DNA of 64,000 bases. Source: an uncultured Roseateles sp. (GTDB taxonomy: Bacteria > Pseudomonadota > Gammaproteobacteria > Burkholderiales > Burkholderiaceae_C). The position numbers and the translations under genes are program-made. Positions 19,086 to 28,465 of the stretch are shown in pieces. Each line of letters opens with the position of its first letter. The first letter of the stretch is position 1. Location: contig CAMFJS010000017.1 of assembly GCA_945956965.1 (NCBI GenBank), forward strand, positions 1,644 through 65,643. Reading direction: 5' to 3'. The notes beneath the pieces were generated by a model, which did no database searches, was not told the origin of the DNA, and saw only the letters and a program-made list of their open reading frames with translations.

Positions 19086-20350
19086 ACTTCGTCTCCATTT
19101 CCTCATTCATGTCTGTCCATCCCGCCCGTCGCATCAAGTTCGCAGGCGCCCGCGTGTTCGCCTTGTTCAGCCTGTGCGTCCCGCTCGCCGCCTGTGTCGC
19201 CACGCCTTCCGCGCCACCGCCGCCAACACCGCTTGCTGTCGGCACCGGGGATCTTGGCCTGGTGGTTGAACGCGCCAGTGGCAGCTTGCAGGTGGTCAAC
19301 ACCAGCCGCCGTGAGGTGCTGGGGGCCATCAAGGGGCTGGGCGACTTGTCGCATGCCTCCCTGGTCTACTCCCGCGACGGCGCCTACGCCTTTGTCTTTG
19401 GGCGCGATGGCGCGCTCAGCAAAGTGCATCTGCCCAGCCGCAGCTTGGTGGGCCGGGTCCAGCAAAGCGGCAATTCGATTGGCGGCGCCATCTCGCAGGA
19501 CGGCAGCCTGGTGGCCGCGCAAAACTATCAGCCGGGCGGCATCCGGGTGTTTGACAGCCAGACACTGCGCCTGGTGGCCGATATACCGGCGGAGTACGAG
19601 CCTGGCAAGCTGTCCCGCGTGGTGGGCTTGGTTGAGCTGCCGGGCCAGCGTTTCATGTACGCCTTGTTCGATGCCAATGAGATCTGGATCGCCGATCTCT
19701 CCGGCGTGGCCGCGGGCCAGGCGCCGCAGTTGCAGAAGTTCAAGAACGTCGGCCGGCAGCCCTATGACGCCCTCATCACACCGGATGGCCGCTACTACAT
19801 CGCCGGCCTCTTCGGGGAAGACGGGCTGGTCAAGATCGACCTTTGGGCCGTGCAGCCCAAGGCCGAGCGCATCTTGGCCGGCTATGGCCGTGGCCAGGAG
19901 CCTTTGCCGGTGTTCAAGATGCCGCACTTGCGCGGCTGGGCCATTGCCGGCCGGCAGGGCTATCTGCCCGCCATCGGCCGGCATGAGGTGCTGGTGGTGG
20001 ACATTGACAGCTGGCAGGAGCTGGGCCGTATCCCGGTGGCCGGCCAGCCGGTCTTCGTGATGGCCCGGCCGGACGGGCGCCAAGTCTGGGTGAACTTCGC
20101 GGTGCCTGACTACAACCAGGTTCAGGTGATCGATACGCAGAGCCGGCAGGTCATTCAAACCCTCAGCCCCGGCAAGGCGGTGCTGCATATGGAGTTCACT
20201 CCTCGCGGTGAGTCGGTCTGGATTTCGACCCGTGACGACAACGCCGTCAATGTGCTGGACACCCGCAGCTTCGCCCGCCAAGCCACGCTCAAGGCCGAGG
20301 CGCCGAGCGGCATCTTTTTCACCAGTCGCGCCCAGCGCAGTGGGTTTTGA
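19082..20350 (+). CDS. nirF: NirF, cd1-propeller-like haem d1 biosynthesis protein (lipoprotein)
   Basis: ATG overlaps the nirC stop. Lipobox VPLAAC. Eight-bladed-propeller-like sequence without a haem c domain. Confidence 0.9.
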   Translation: MNFVSISSFMSVHPARRIKFAGARVFALFSLCVPLAACVATPSAPPPPTPLAVGTGDLGLVVERASGSLQVVNTSRREVLGAIKGLGDLSHASLVYSRDGAYAFVFGRDGALSKVHLPSRSLVGRVQQSGNSIGGAISQDGSLVAAQNYQPGGIRVFDSQTLRLVADIPAEYEPGKLSRVVGLVELPGQRFMYALFDANEIWIADLSGVAAGQAPQLQKFKNVGRQPYDALITPDGRYYIAGLFGEDGLVKIDLWAVQPKAERILAGYGRGQEPLPVFKMPHLRGWAIAGRQGYLPAIGRHEVLVVDIDSWQELGRIPVAGQPVFVMARPDGRQVWVNFAVPDYNQVQVIDTQSRQVIQTLSPGKAVLHMEFTPRGESVWISTRDDNAVNVLDTRSFARQATLKAEAPSGIFFTSRAQRSGF

Positions 20351-20355
20351 GCGCC

Positions 20356-21402
20356 ATGTCCCACCTTCCCACCTGCGCCCAAGATGGGGAGTTGCTGAAC
20401 CGCTGGCAGCAGCGCTTTCCCATCTGTGCCGAACCCTTTGCGGAACTGGCCAAAGCGCTGGGTCTCAGTGATGGCGACGCGGTGATGGCGCGCTTGCAGT
20501 GCTTGCGCGAGCAGGGCAGCCTTTCGCGCATCGGCGGCATTTGGGGCGCGCGGGCGGCAGGGGCGGGCCTGTTGTGCGCCATGGCGGTGCCGCCAGCGCA
20601 ATTGGAGGCGCTGGCGCAGCGGGTCAACGCCATGCCCGGCGTGAACCACAACTACGAACGCGAACACCATTTCAATTTGTGGTTTGTCATCACCGGCCCG
20701 GACATGGATTGCCTGGCGCAGGAACTGTCGGAACTGGAACAGCAATGCGGCCTTGAAACCCTGAGGCTGCCGATGGAGCGGACCTATCGCATCAATCTGG
20801 GCTTTGACCTCAAGGACCCGCATGGCGTGAATTGCGCGGCCCGTGCTGCCGATCCGCAGGCCGCTCACACGGCAGGCCATGGCCGCCGCGTAGCCGCTGA
20901 GGAGCGCGGCCTGGCGGCTTGTGTTGAGCAGGGTCTGCCCTTGCTGGCCCGCCCCTATGCCGCCTGGGCCGAGGCGGTGAGCTGGCCCGAGCAGCGTGTC
21001 TTGCGCACCCTGCAAACCTGGTTGGACCACGGCGTGCTGCGGCGCTTTGGCGTCATTGTTCGGCACCACGAATTGGGCTTCGCAGCCAATGCCATGTGTG
21101 TGTTTGATGTGCCCGACGATCAGGTGGATGCGCATGCCGCGCTGCTCGCCCGCCAGCCCGGCGTCACCCTGTGCTACCGCCGCGCTCGCGCGAACCAATG
21201 GCCCTACAACCTCTATTGCATGGTGCATGGGCGCGCCAGGGAAGAGGTGCACCAGTGGCTGAGTCAGGCGCGCGAAGTTGCCCGTTTACAGGCCTTCCCG
21301 CAAGCCGTGCTGTTCAGTCGGCGGCGCTTCAAACAATGCGGCCCCAGCTACTTTCGCCAGCCGGGAGCAGCGACTCAAACCGAGGCAGGTCACTATGCAT
21401 GA
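20356..21402 (+). CDS. nirD: fused NirD-NirL (siroheme decarboxylase, AsnC/Lrp-like modules)
   Basis: ATG 20356; the track start at 20347 is a TTG. Two tandem AsnC-type modules (...RLQCLREQGSLSRIGGI... and ...LQTWLDHGVLRRFGVIV...). Confidence 0.85.
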   Translation: MSHLPTCAQDGELLNRWQQRFPICAEPFAELAKALGLSDGDAVMARLQCLREQGSLSRIGGIWGARAAGAGLLCAMAVPPAQLEALAQRVNAMPGVNHNYEREHHFNLWFVITGPDMDCLAQELSELEQQCGLETLRLPMERTYRINLGFDLKDPHGVNCAARAADPQAAHTAGHGRRVAAEERGLAACVEQGLPLLARPYAAWAEAVSWPEQRVLRTLQTWLDHGVLRRFGVIVRHHELGFAANAMCVFDVPDDQVDAHAALLARQPGVTLCYRRARANQWPYNLYCMVHGRAREEVHQWLSQAREVARLQAFPQAVLFSRRRFKQCGPSYFRQPGAATQTEAGHYA

Positions 21403-21973
21403 ACGCCATAGCGCCAGACCCAGCGACACCACTTCAGCACCGCAGTTCCCGCGCCAAGACGAGGCGCGGCTCGATGCCCTTGACGCGGCGCTGATCAACC
21501 GCCTGCAAACGTCCATACCGCTGCAGCCGCGGCCCTTTGAGCAGATCGGTAAGGAGCTGGGTTGCAGCGAATCCTTGGTTCTGCTGCGCCTGCGCCGGCT
21601 CTTGTCCGAGGGCGTCTTGAGCCGAATCGGCCCCCTGTTTCAGATCGAACGCGCCGGCGGGCTTTTTGTGCTGGCGGCGATGCAAGTGCCCGAGGCGCAA
21701 TTCGAGGCGGTGACGGCGCAGCTCAACGCCATTCCAGAAGTGGCGCACAACTATCGCCGGGACCATGCGCTGAATATGTGGTTTGTGCTGGCCACCGAAA
21801 CGCCGGAAGAAATCTCTGGCGTTTGCGCGCACATCGAGTCCCTGACGGGCTTGCAGGTGCTGGCCTTCCCCAAAGAGCGCGAGTACTTTGTGGGCCTGCG
21901 CCTTGAAGCCCGCGCCCACGCCTGGTCGGATCACGACGGGTTTGAACAGCAGCAAGGGCAGGGCCATGACTGA
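21395..21973 (+). CDS. nirG: NirG (siroheme decarboxylase subunit)
   Basis: ATG 21395 overlaps the 3' end of nirDL by 8 nt. AsnC-like module (LRRLLSEGVLSRIGPLF). Confidence 0.8.
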   Translation: MHERHSARPSDTTSAPQFPRQDEARLDALDAALINRLQTSIPLQPRPFEQIGKELGCSESLVLLRLRRLLSEGVLSRIGPLFQIERAGGLFVLAAMQVPEAQFEAVTAQLNAIPEVAHNYRRDHALNMWFVLATETPEEISGVCAHIESLTGLQVLAFPKEREYFVGLRLEARAHAWSDHDGFEQQQGQGHD

Positions 21974-22493
21974 TACCACCTCACAGCAAAGCACCTCAGG
22001 ACAAGCCGCAGCCGCGCTCAGCCCGCTGCAGCGTGCCCTGATGCTGGCCACACAAAGTGGTCTGCCCCTGGTTGAACGCCCATTCGAAGCGCTGGGCGCC
22101 ATGCTGGGCATCAGTGAGGCGCAGGTGTGCGAAGAGTTGGCTCAGATGCAGGCATCCGGGCTGATCCGCCGCATTGCCGCCGTACCCAATCACTACCGCC
22201 TGGGCTATGTGGCCAATGGCATGACGGTGTGGGACATCGACGATGCACAGATCGACACCCTGGGCCTGCTGGTCGCCGCCTTCGACGGCGTCAGCCACTG
22301 CTACCGCCGGCCGCGCCGCTTGCCGCACTGGCCTTACAACCTGTTTGCCATGCTGCATGGCCGCAGCCGCGCTGAGGTCGAGGCGCAAGCCAGGGCGCTG
22401 CGCGAGTTGTTGGGCCGCGCCTGCCGGGCCAATGACATCCTCTACAGCAGCGCCATTCTCAAAAAGACCGGCCTGCGCTTGAAGCCCGAATAA
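21966..22493 (+). CDS. nirH: NirH (siroheme decarboxylase subunit)
   Basis: ATG 21966 overlaps the nirG stop. AsnC-like module (LAQMQASGLIRRIAAVP). Confidence 0.85.
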   Translation: MTDTTSQQSTSGQAAAALSPLQRALMLATQSGLPLVERPFEALGAMLGISEAQVCEELAQMQASGLIRRIAAVPNHYRLGYVANGMTVWDIDDAQIDTLGLLVAAFDGVSHCYRRPRRLPHWPYNLFAMLHGRSRAEVEAQARALRELLGRACRANDILYSSAILKKTGLRLKPE

Positions 22494-22518
22494 GTTCAAA
22501 GAAAAGAAAGGCCAAAGC

Positions 22519-23898
22519 ATGTTGCGTATCAGCCAATACCTGCGCGAAGTCGCGCGGGCCGAGCAAGACGGCCACTATCCCAGCCCGCAAGGGCGCCCCA
22601 AGGCGCAGGCCGACAGCGCCGCCTCCGCGGGCCCAGCCAAGGCGCATGGCCCGGTGATGATCTGGAACCTGACCCGGCGCTGCAATCTGACCTGCAAGCA
22701 TTGCTACGCCTTGTCTGCCGACCATGACTATCCCGGTGAGCTGAGTTTTGCTGAGGTCTGCACCGTCATGGATGACCTTAAGCTCGCGGGCGTGCCGGTG
22801 CTGATCCTCTCGGGCGGCGAGCCCTTGCTGCGGCCAGACCTGTTCGAGATCGCTTCGCGCGCCCAAGCCATGGGCTTTTACACCGCGCTCTCCACCAACG
22901 GCACCTTGATCGATGCCGCCATGGCCACGCGCATCGCGCAGCAGAACTTCGACTACGTGGGCATCAGCATCGATGGCCTGCGCGAAACGCATGACCGCTT
23001 CCGCCGCCTGAACGGTGCCTTCGATGCCTCACTGGCCGCGCTGCGCTTGCTGCGTGAGCGGGGCGTTAGAACGGGCTTGCGCTACACCTTCACCGACTTG
23101 AATCAGCAAGACTTCCCAGCCCTGCTGGAGCTGATGCGCGCGGAGCAGGTCGATAAGTTCTACTTCTCCCATCTCAACTACGCCGGGCGCGGCAATATCC
23201 ACCGCGGCCGGGATGCCCACTTCAAAGCCACACGCGGCGCGCTGGACCTGCTATTCGAAACCGCCTGGCGCGACGCGCTGGAAGATGTCAGCACCGCCGC
23301 GCCGCAGCCGCGCGAGTACGTCACCGGCAATAACGATGCCGACGCCGTCTATCTGCTGGCCTGGGTCAGCGCGCGCTGGCCGCAATGGGCGGATGACTTG
23401 CGCCGGCGCCTGGTGGCCTGGGGTGGCAATGCCTCCGGCGTGGGTGTGGCCAATATCGACAATCTGGGCGAGGTGCATCCCGACACCATGTGGTGGCATT
23501 ACAGCCTGGGCAATGTGCGCCAGCGCCCCTTCTCTGCCATCTGGCAAGACCGCAGCGACCCGCTGATGGACGGCCTGAATACAAAGCCGCGTCCGGTCAA
23601 AGGCCGCTGCGCCGAATGCCAGCACTTCGCCATCTGCGGGGGCAACACCCGGGTGCGAGCCCAACAAACCAGTGGCGACCTCTGGGCCGAGGACCCGGGC
23701 TGCTATCTGGACGATGCCGAGATCGGCCTGTCCGCCGAAGCCAGCGCGCGCCTGCAAGCGCTCAGCGGCCAATTGGGGCCGCGTGATGGCAACGTCAAGC
23801 CATTCAGCGCCAAGCGCAGCAGCGGCAGCAGAAACAGCAGTGCTGAGCCCATCCACATTCAGCCTGTTGAAGCCATCAACAGCAGCGAGGGGGCATGA
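22519..23898 (+). CDS. nirJ: NirJ radical-SAM haem d1 biosynthesis enzyme
   Basis: CNLTCKHCY radical-SAM cluster and a second Cys cluster CAECQHFAICGG. Low-complexity C-terminal tail. Confidence 0.92.
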   Translation: MLRISQYLREVARAEQDGHYPSPQGRPKAQADSAASAGPAKAHGPVMIWNLTRRCNLTCKHCYALSADHDYPGELSFAEVCTVMDDLKLAGVPVLILSGGEPLLRPDLFEIASRAQAMGFYTALSTNGTLIDAAMATRIAQQNFDYVGISIDGLRETHDRFRRLNGAFDASLAALRLLRERGVRTGLRYTFTDLNQQDFPALLELMRAEQVDKFYFSHLNYAGRGNIHRGRDAHFKATRGALDLLFETAWRDALEDVSTAAPQPREYVTGNNDADAVYLLAWVSARWPQWADDLRRRLVAWGGNASGVGVANIDNLGEVHPDTMWWHYSLGNVRQRPFSAIWQDRSDPLMDGLNTKPRPVKGRCAECQHFAICGGNTRVRAQQTSGDLWAEDPGCYLDDAEIGLSAEASARLQALSGQLGPRDGNVKPFSAKRSSGSRNSSAEPIHIQPVEAINSSEGA

Positions 23899-25508
23899 AA
23901 ATGAACACAGAACAGTTGAAGACCCTCGTCAAACTCGCCTTAGTGCTGGGCCTGTTCGGCCTGGCCTGGGACTTTGCCCGTGCGCAAACTGTGGAGGCCG
24001 GTGCCTTGTACCAGCAGCAATGCGCCAGCTGCCACGGCGAGCAACGCCTCGGCGTAATGGGCCCAGCTCTGCTGCCCGAAAGCCTGGAACGCCTGCGCCG
24101 CCCAGAGGCCATCAAGCTGATTCGTGAGGGACGCCCGGCCACCCAGATGCCGGCCTTTGGCGCCCAGCTCAGCGAGGCCGAGATTCAGGCCTTGGCCGCC
24201 TATATCTACCAGCCGCAGCTACCGGCGCCGCAATGGGCGGCGGAAGACATCCGCCGCTCGCGCAGCTTTGATGCGGACAGCCGCCAATGGCCGGCCCGCC
24301 CGCAATGGAAGGCCGACCCGATGAACCTCTTCGTGGTGGTGGAGGGCGGCGACCACCACATCAGCCTGCTGGATGGTGACCGCTTCGAGACCATCCATCG
24401 CTTCCCCAGTCGCTACGCCCTGCACGGTGGCCCTAAGTTCACGCCCGATGGCCGCTATGTCTACTTCGGTTCTCGCGATGGCTGGATCAGCAAGTACGAC
24501 CTCTGGAACCTCAAACAAGTGGCCGAAGTGCGGGCCGGCCTGAATATGCGTAATGTGGCCGTCAGCGGTGATGGCCGCTGGGTCATGGCGGCCAACTACC
24601 TGCCGCAAGAAGTGGTGCTGTTCGATGCCGACCTGAACTTGGTCAAGCAGTTTGAGGCCAAGAGCATGGACGGCAAGCAGGGTTCACGAGTTTCCGCCGT
24701 CTACGACGCCGCGCCGCGCAAGAGCTTTGTGGTGGCGCTCAAAGACATTGCCGAGTTGTGGGAGATCTCTTACGACCCCAAGGCCGAGGTGATCCACGAC
24801 GGCCTGGTGCATGACTACCGCATGGGCGAGGCCATCGCCCGCCCCGGCTACCTGAACGCGCGCCGCACGCCGCTGGATGAGCCGCTGGACGACTTCTTCT
24901 TCGACGACAGCTACAACCATGTCTTGGGTTCCGCCCGGCCAGCCACTGACGCAGCAGGCGGCGCCAGCAAATCCACCCTGGGCCAGGTGGTCAACCTGAA
25001 CGCCCGGCGCAAGGTCAGCAGCCTGCCCATTGCGGGCATGCCCCACCTCGGCTCAGGCATCAGCTTTGACTGGCAGGGCCGCCGCGTGATGGCCAGCCCT
25101 AACCTCAAAGACGGACGCATCAGCGTGATCGACCTCAAGAGCTGGGATCTGGTGCGCGAGATCACCACGCCCGGCCCGGGCTTCTTCATGCGCAGCCATG
25201 CCAAGAGCCGCTATGCCTGGGCTGATTCCATGATGGGCGGCAAGGAAGCGAAAGACACCTTGACCATCATCGACAAGCAAAGCCTTGAGGTCGTGGCCCA
25301 GGTCCGCGAGCCCGGCAAAACCTTGGCCCATATCGAGTTCACCAAAGACGGCCGCTATGCCCTGGCCAGCCTCTGGGAACTGGACGGCGCCTTGATCGTC
25401 TATGACGCCGCCACCTTCAAGGAAGTGAAGCGCATCCCCATGAGCAAGCCCGTCGGCAAATACAACGTCTGGAACAAGATCAGCCGGGAGGAGGGGACTT
25501 CGCATTGA
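23895..25508 (+). CDS. nirN: NirN (cd1-like dihydro-haem d1 dehydrogenase)
   Basis: ATG overlaps the nirJ stop. Signal peptide, CASCH haem c domain and a d1-type propeller. Confidence 0.9.
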   Translation: MKMNTEQLKTLVKLALVLGLFGLAWDFARAQTVEAGALYQQQCASCHGEQRLGVMGPALLPESLERLRRPEAIKLIREGRPATQMPAFGAQLSEAEIQALAAYIYQPQLPAPQWAAEDIRRSRSFDADSRQWPARPQWKADPMNLFVVVEGGDHHISLLDGDRFETIHRFPSRYALHGGPKFTPDGRYVYFGSRDGWISKYDLWNLKQVAEVRAGLNMRNVAVSGDGRWVMAANYLPQEVVLFDADLNLVKQFEAKSMDGKQGSRVSAVYDAAPRKSFVVALKDIAELWEISYDPKAEVIHDGLVHDYRMGEAIARPGYLNARRTPLDEPLDDFFFDDSYNHVLGSARPATDAAGGASKSTLGQVVNLNARRKVSSLPIAGMPHLGSGISFDWQGRRVMASPNLKDGRISVIDLKSWDLVREITTPGPGFFMRSHAKSRYAWADSMMGGKEAKDTLTIIDKQSLEVVAQVREPGKTLAHIEFTKDGRYALASLWELDGALIVYDAATFKEVKRIPMSKPVGKYNVWNKISREEGTSH

Positions 25509-25702
25509 GCGCCGCATCGCGCTCACCTCATGATGGCCAAGGAACAGTGCCGCGTCCAAAGGTTGACGTGCACAAAAACAAGGACACGGAATTATGCAAC
25601 TTGTGTCTCTTTGTGTTTCCCCTGTGGCTCATTGGAACATTCCCAGTCTCGTGTCTCATGTCTCCTGACGGCCAGCGCCCGGGAATATCTCAGGCCCCGA
25701 CC

Positions 25703-25716
25703 TTGATGCACATCAA
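25703..25716. promoter_or_regulatory. consensus FNR-type box upstream of ccmA
   Basis: TTGATGCACATCAA matches TTGAT-N4-ATCAA in 10/10 positions. Centre is 51.5 bp upstream of ATG 25761. Confidence 0.7.
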
Positions 25717-25760
25717 GTGAAGCGGCGGCTTCTTCGCGCACACTGGCCGCCCGCTTTCCA

Positions 25761-26399
25761 ATGACCCCAGCTTTGAACGAACTTGTTAGTGTTCCCCCCG
25801 CAACTGCGCTGCTGGAAGCCACCGAACTGCGCAGTGAGCGCGGCAGCGGGCCGCTTTTCTCCGGGCTGAACCTGGCCCTGCGGGCGGGCGACTGCGTCTG
25901 GTTGCGAGGCGCCAACGGCTGCGGCAAGACCACCTTGCTGCGAACTCTGGCTGGACTGCGCCCCGCCGACGGCGGCAGGCTTCAGCGCCACGCGCCACTG
26001 CGCTATCTGGGCCATAGCAATGGCCTGAAGGACGAACTAAGCGTGATTGAAGGCCTGCGATTTGCCGCCCGTTGGCAAGGCCTGGCCGATGACGAGGCGG
26101 CAGTGCTGGCGGCGCTACGCTATTTCGAGCTGCTGCCGCTGCGCCGGCGGCCGGCGCGCAGCCTGAGTCAGGGTCAGCGCCGCCGTGCCTCGCTGGCGCC
26201 GCTGGCCCTAGCCCAGCCGGGCAGCTGCTGGCTGCTGGACGAACCCTTTGACGCGCTCGACGACCAGGGCGTGGGTCTGCTTTGCCAGCTCATCCAGCGA
26301 CATGGCGAGGCCGGCGGCGCGACCCTGTTCACCAGCCATCAGGCGCTGGCGCCACTCGCCGGCGCGCGCCAGCTGCAGCTGGATGGAGCGCGGCCATGA
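25761..26399 (+). CDS. ccmA: haem exporter ATPase CcmA
   Basis: Walker A GANGCGKTT, signature LSQGQRRR, Walker B WLLDEP. Confidence 0.92.
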   Translation: MTPALNELVSVPPATALLEATELRSERGSGPLFSGLNLALRAGDCVWLRGANGCGKTTLLRTLAGLRPADGGRLQRHAPLRYLGHSNGLKDELSVIEGLRFAARWQGLADDEAAVLAALRYFELLPLRRRPARSLSQGQRRRASLAPLALAQPGSCWLLDEPFDALDDQGVGLLCQLIQRHGEAGGATLFTSHQALAPLAGARQLQLDGARP

Positions 26400-27064
26400 G
26401 CGGCGGAGCGCAACTGCTGCTGCAGCGCGAGCTGCGTCTGGCGGCGCGCCGGCCGGTCGACGCCGGCCTGCCGGTGGCTTTTCTGCTGCTGGCGGCATGC
26501 CTGTTTCCGCTCGGCCTCGGGCCCGAACCCGAGCAGCTGCGTCACATGGCGCCGGGCGTGCTGTGGGTGCTGGCCTTGTTGGCCAGCCTTTTGTCCCTAC
26601 ACAGCCTTTATGCCGCCGATGCCCAGGACGGCAGCCTGGACCAGCTGCTGCTGCCGCCCCACTCGGCCTGGCGTCTGGCCGCCGTCAAGGCCCTGGCGCA
26701 CTGGTTGAGCCATGGCCTGCCGCTGCTGCTGGCCACGCCGCTGCTGGGCCTGATGTACGGCATGCACAGCGACAGCCTTGGCCTCTTGATGCTGAGCCTG
26801 CTGCTGGGCACGCCGAGCTTGAGCCTGCTGGGGAATCTGGCTGCCGCCCTGACCCTGGGCCTGCGCAACGGCGCCTTACTCAATCTGCTTATCGTGCTGC
26901 CGCTGGCGGTGCCTGTTCTGATCTTCGGCAGCGGCGCGGTCGGCGCGTTGGAGGCCGGCCTGCCTGTTGACGGGCATCTGTCCCTGCTGGCCGCTTTACT
27001 GATCGGGGCTCTGCTGGCCCTGCCGGCAGCAGCCGCTGCGGCCCTGCGCATCGCCCTGGTCTGA
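26396..27064 (+). CDS. ccmB: haem exporter membrane protein CcmB
   Basis: ATG 26396 overlaps the ccmA stop (ATGA). Six hydrophobic segments. Confidence 0.9.
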   Translation: MSGGAQLLLQRELRLAARRPVDAGLPVAFLLLAACLFPLGLGPEPEQLRHMAPGVLWVLALLASLLSLHSLYAADAQDGSLDQLLLPPHSAWRLAAVKALAHWLSHGLPLLLATPLLGLMYGMHSDSLGLLMLSLLLGTPSLSLLGNLAAALTLGLRNGALLNLLIVLPLAVPVLIFGSGAVGALEAGLPVDGHLSLLAALLIGALLALPAAAAAALRIALV

Positions 27065-27846
27065 TGGCCATGCTGATCCTGAACCCACATTCCATGACAA
27101 ACACGTCCCGTTTCTACACCTATGCCGCGCCCTCGCGTTTCTACGCGCTGGCCGGTCGCCTGCTGCCGGGCCTGTGGCTGCTGGCCGCAGTGCTAGCGGC
27201 CTTTGGCCTGTACCTGGCCTTCTTCGTGGCGCCGACCGACGCCACCCAGGGCCAGGCCTATCGCATCCTCTTCATCCATGTGCCGGCGGCCTGGCTGTCC
27301 ATGCTGCTCTATCTGGCCTTGGCTTTCTGGTCCGCCATCGGCTGGGCCTTCAAGGCGCGCATGGCCTCGCTGCTGGCGCGGGCGATCGCACCGACCGGCG
27401 CCGGCTTCACCGTGATCGCCCTGCTCAGCGGTGCGCTTTGGGGCCAGCCGAGCTGGGGCAGCTGGTGGGTCTGGGACGCGCGCCTGACCTCGGAGCTGAT
27501 CCTGCTGTTTCTCTACCTCGGCTATCTGGCCTTGGTGCACGCCATCGAGGACCCGCAGCGGGCCGACCCGGCCGGTGCCCTGCTGGCCCTGGTCGGTGTG
27601 GTCAATGTGCCTGTCATCTATTTCAGCGTGCGCTGGTGGAACACCTTGCACCAGGGCGCCAGCATCAGCCTGACGGCCGCACCACGCATGGCCGAGACCA
27701 TGTTGCTGGCCCTGGCCGTGATGAGCCTGGCCTGCTGGGCCTATGCCTTCGCCGTCATCTTCACCCGCGCCCGCGGCCTGATCCTGGAGCGCGAACACGG
27801 CAGCGCCTGGGTGCAGGCCCTGAGCAAGAAAGGACAAGCCACATGA
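27064..27846 (+). CDS. ccmC: haem lyase/exporter CcmC
   Basis: WWD-type tryptophan-rich motif [17 protein letters not shown]. The start overlaps the ccmB stop. Confidence 0.92.
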   Translation: MAMLILNPHSMTNTSRFYTYAAPSRFYALAGRLLPGLWLLAAVLAAFGLYLAFFVAPTDATQGQAYRILFIHVPAAWLSMLLYLALAFWSAIGWAFKARMASLLARAIAPTGAGFTVIALLSGALWGQPSWGSWWVWDARLTSELILLFLYLGYLALVHAIEDPQRADPAGALLALVGVVNVPVIYFSVRWWNTLHQGASISLTAAPRMAETMLLALAVMSLACWAYAFAVIFTRARGLILEREHGSAWVQALSKKGQAT

Positions 27847-28007
27847 ACTGGCACAGCGCGGCCGATTTCTTCCATATGGACGGCTACGGCTTTTTTGTCT
27901 GGGGCAGCTACGGCTCGGCCCTGCTCTGGATGCTGGCCGAGGTGGGCCTGGCCCGGCGCCGCCACAGCCAAGCCTTGCTGCAGCTGTCCGAGGAGGACGG
28001 CGCATGA
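27843..28007 (+). CDS. ccmD: CcmD small membrane protein
   Basis: 54 aa with a single TM ([21 protein letters not shown]). ATGA overlaps on both sides. Confidence 0.8.
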   Translation: MNWHSAADFFHMDGYGFFVWGSYGSALLWMLAEVGLARRRHSQALLQLSEEDGA

Positions 28008-28465
28008 TGAAAACTCGCCACCGCCGCCTGCTGCTGATCGCTGCCGGCCTGCTGGCCCTGGGCGCCATCGCGGCCCTGGTGATGAATGCCTTCCGCAGCA
28101 ATCTGGTCTTCTTCTACACGCCCAGCCAGGTGGCTGCGCATGAGGCGCCGCAAGGCCGCAGCTTCCGCATTGGCGGCCTGGTGCAGCCGGGCAGCGTCCG
28201 GCGCGAAGGCGTGCAGGTGCAGTTCGTGATCAGCGACGGCAGCGAGCACGTACCCGTCAGCTTCAACGGTGCCCTGCCCGACTTGTTCAAAGAGGGCAAG
28301 GGCGTGGTCGCGCAAGGCCAGTTGCAGGGCCGGCAGTTCCTGGCCCGCGAGGTGCTGGCCAAGCATGACGAGAACTACATGCCGCCCGAGGCCGCCGACG
28401 CGCTGCAGCGCAGCCAGCAGGCCCGCGAGCGCGCCGCCCAGACCCTGAAAGGCAGCACGCCGTGA
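28004..28465 (+). CDS. ccmE: haem chaperone CcmE
   Basis: N-terminal anchor, an OB-fold, and the haem-binding His in [12 protein letters not shown]. Confidence 0.93.
   Translation: MMKTRHRRLLLIAAGLLALGAIAALVMNAFRSNLVFFYTPSQVAAHEAPQGRSFRIGGLVQPGSVRREGVQVQFVISDGSEHVPVSFNGALPDLFKEGKGVVAQGQLQGRQFLAREVLAKHDENYMPPEAADALQRSQQARERAAQTLKGSTP

Noticed and set aside
25563-25576. TTGACGTGCACAAA as an additional FNR-type box after nirN.
   Set aside because: Only the left half-site matches and the right half (ACAAA) lacks TCAA. Its position relative to any start codon makes no sense.
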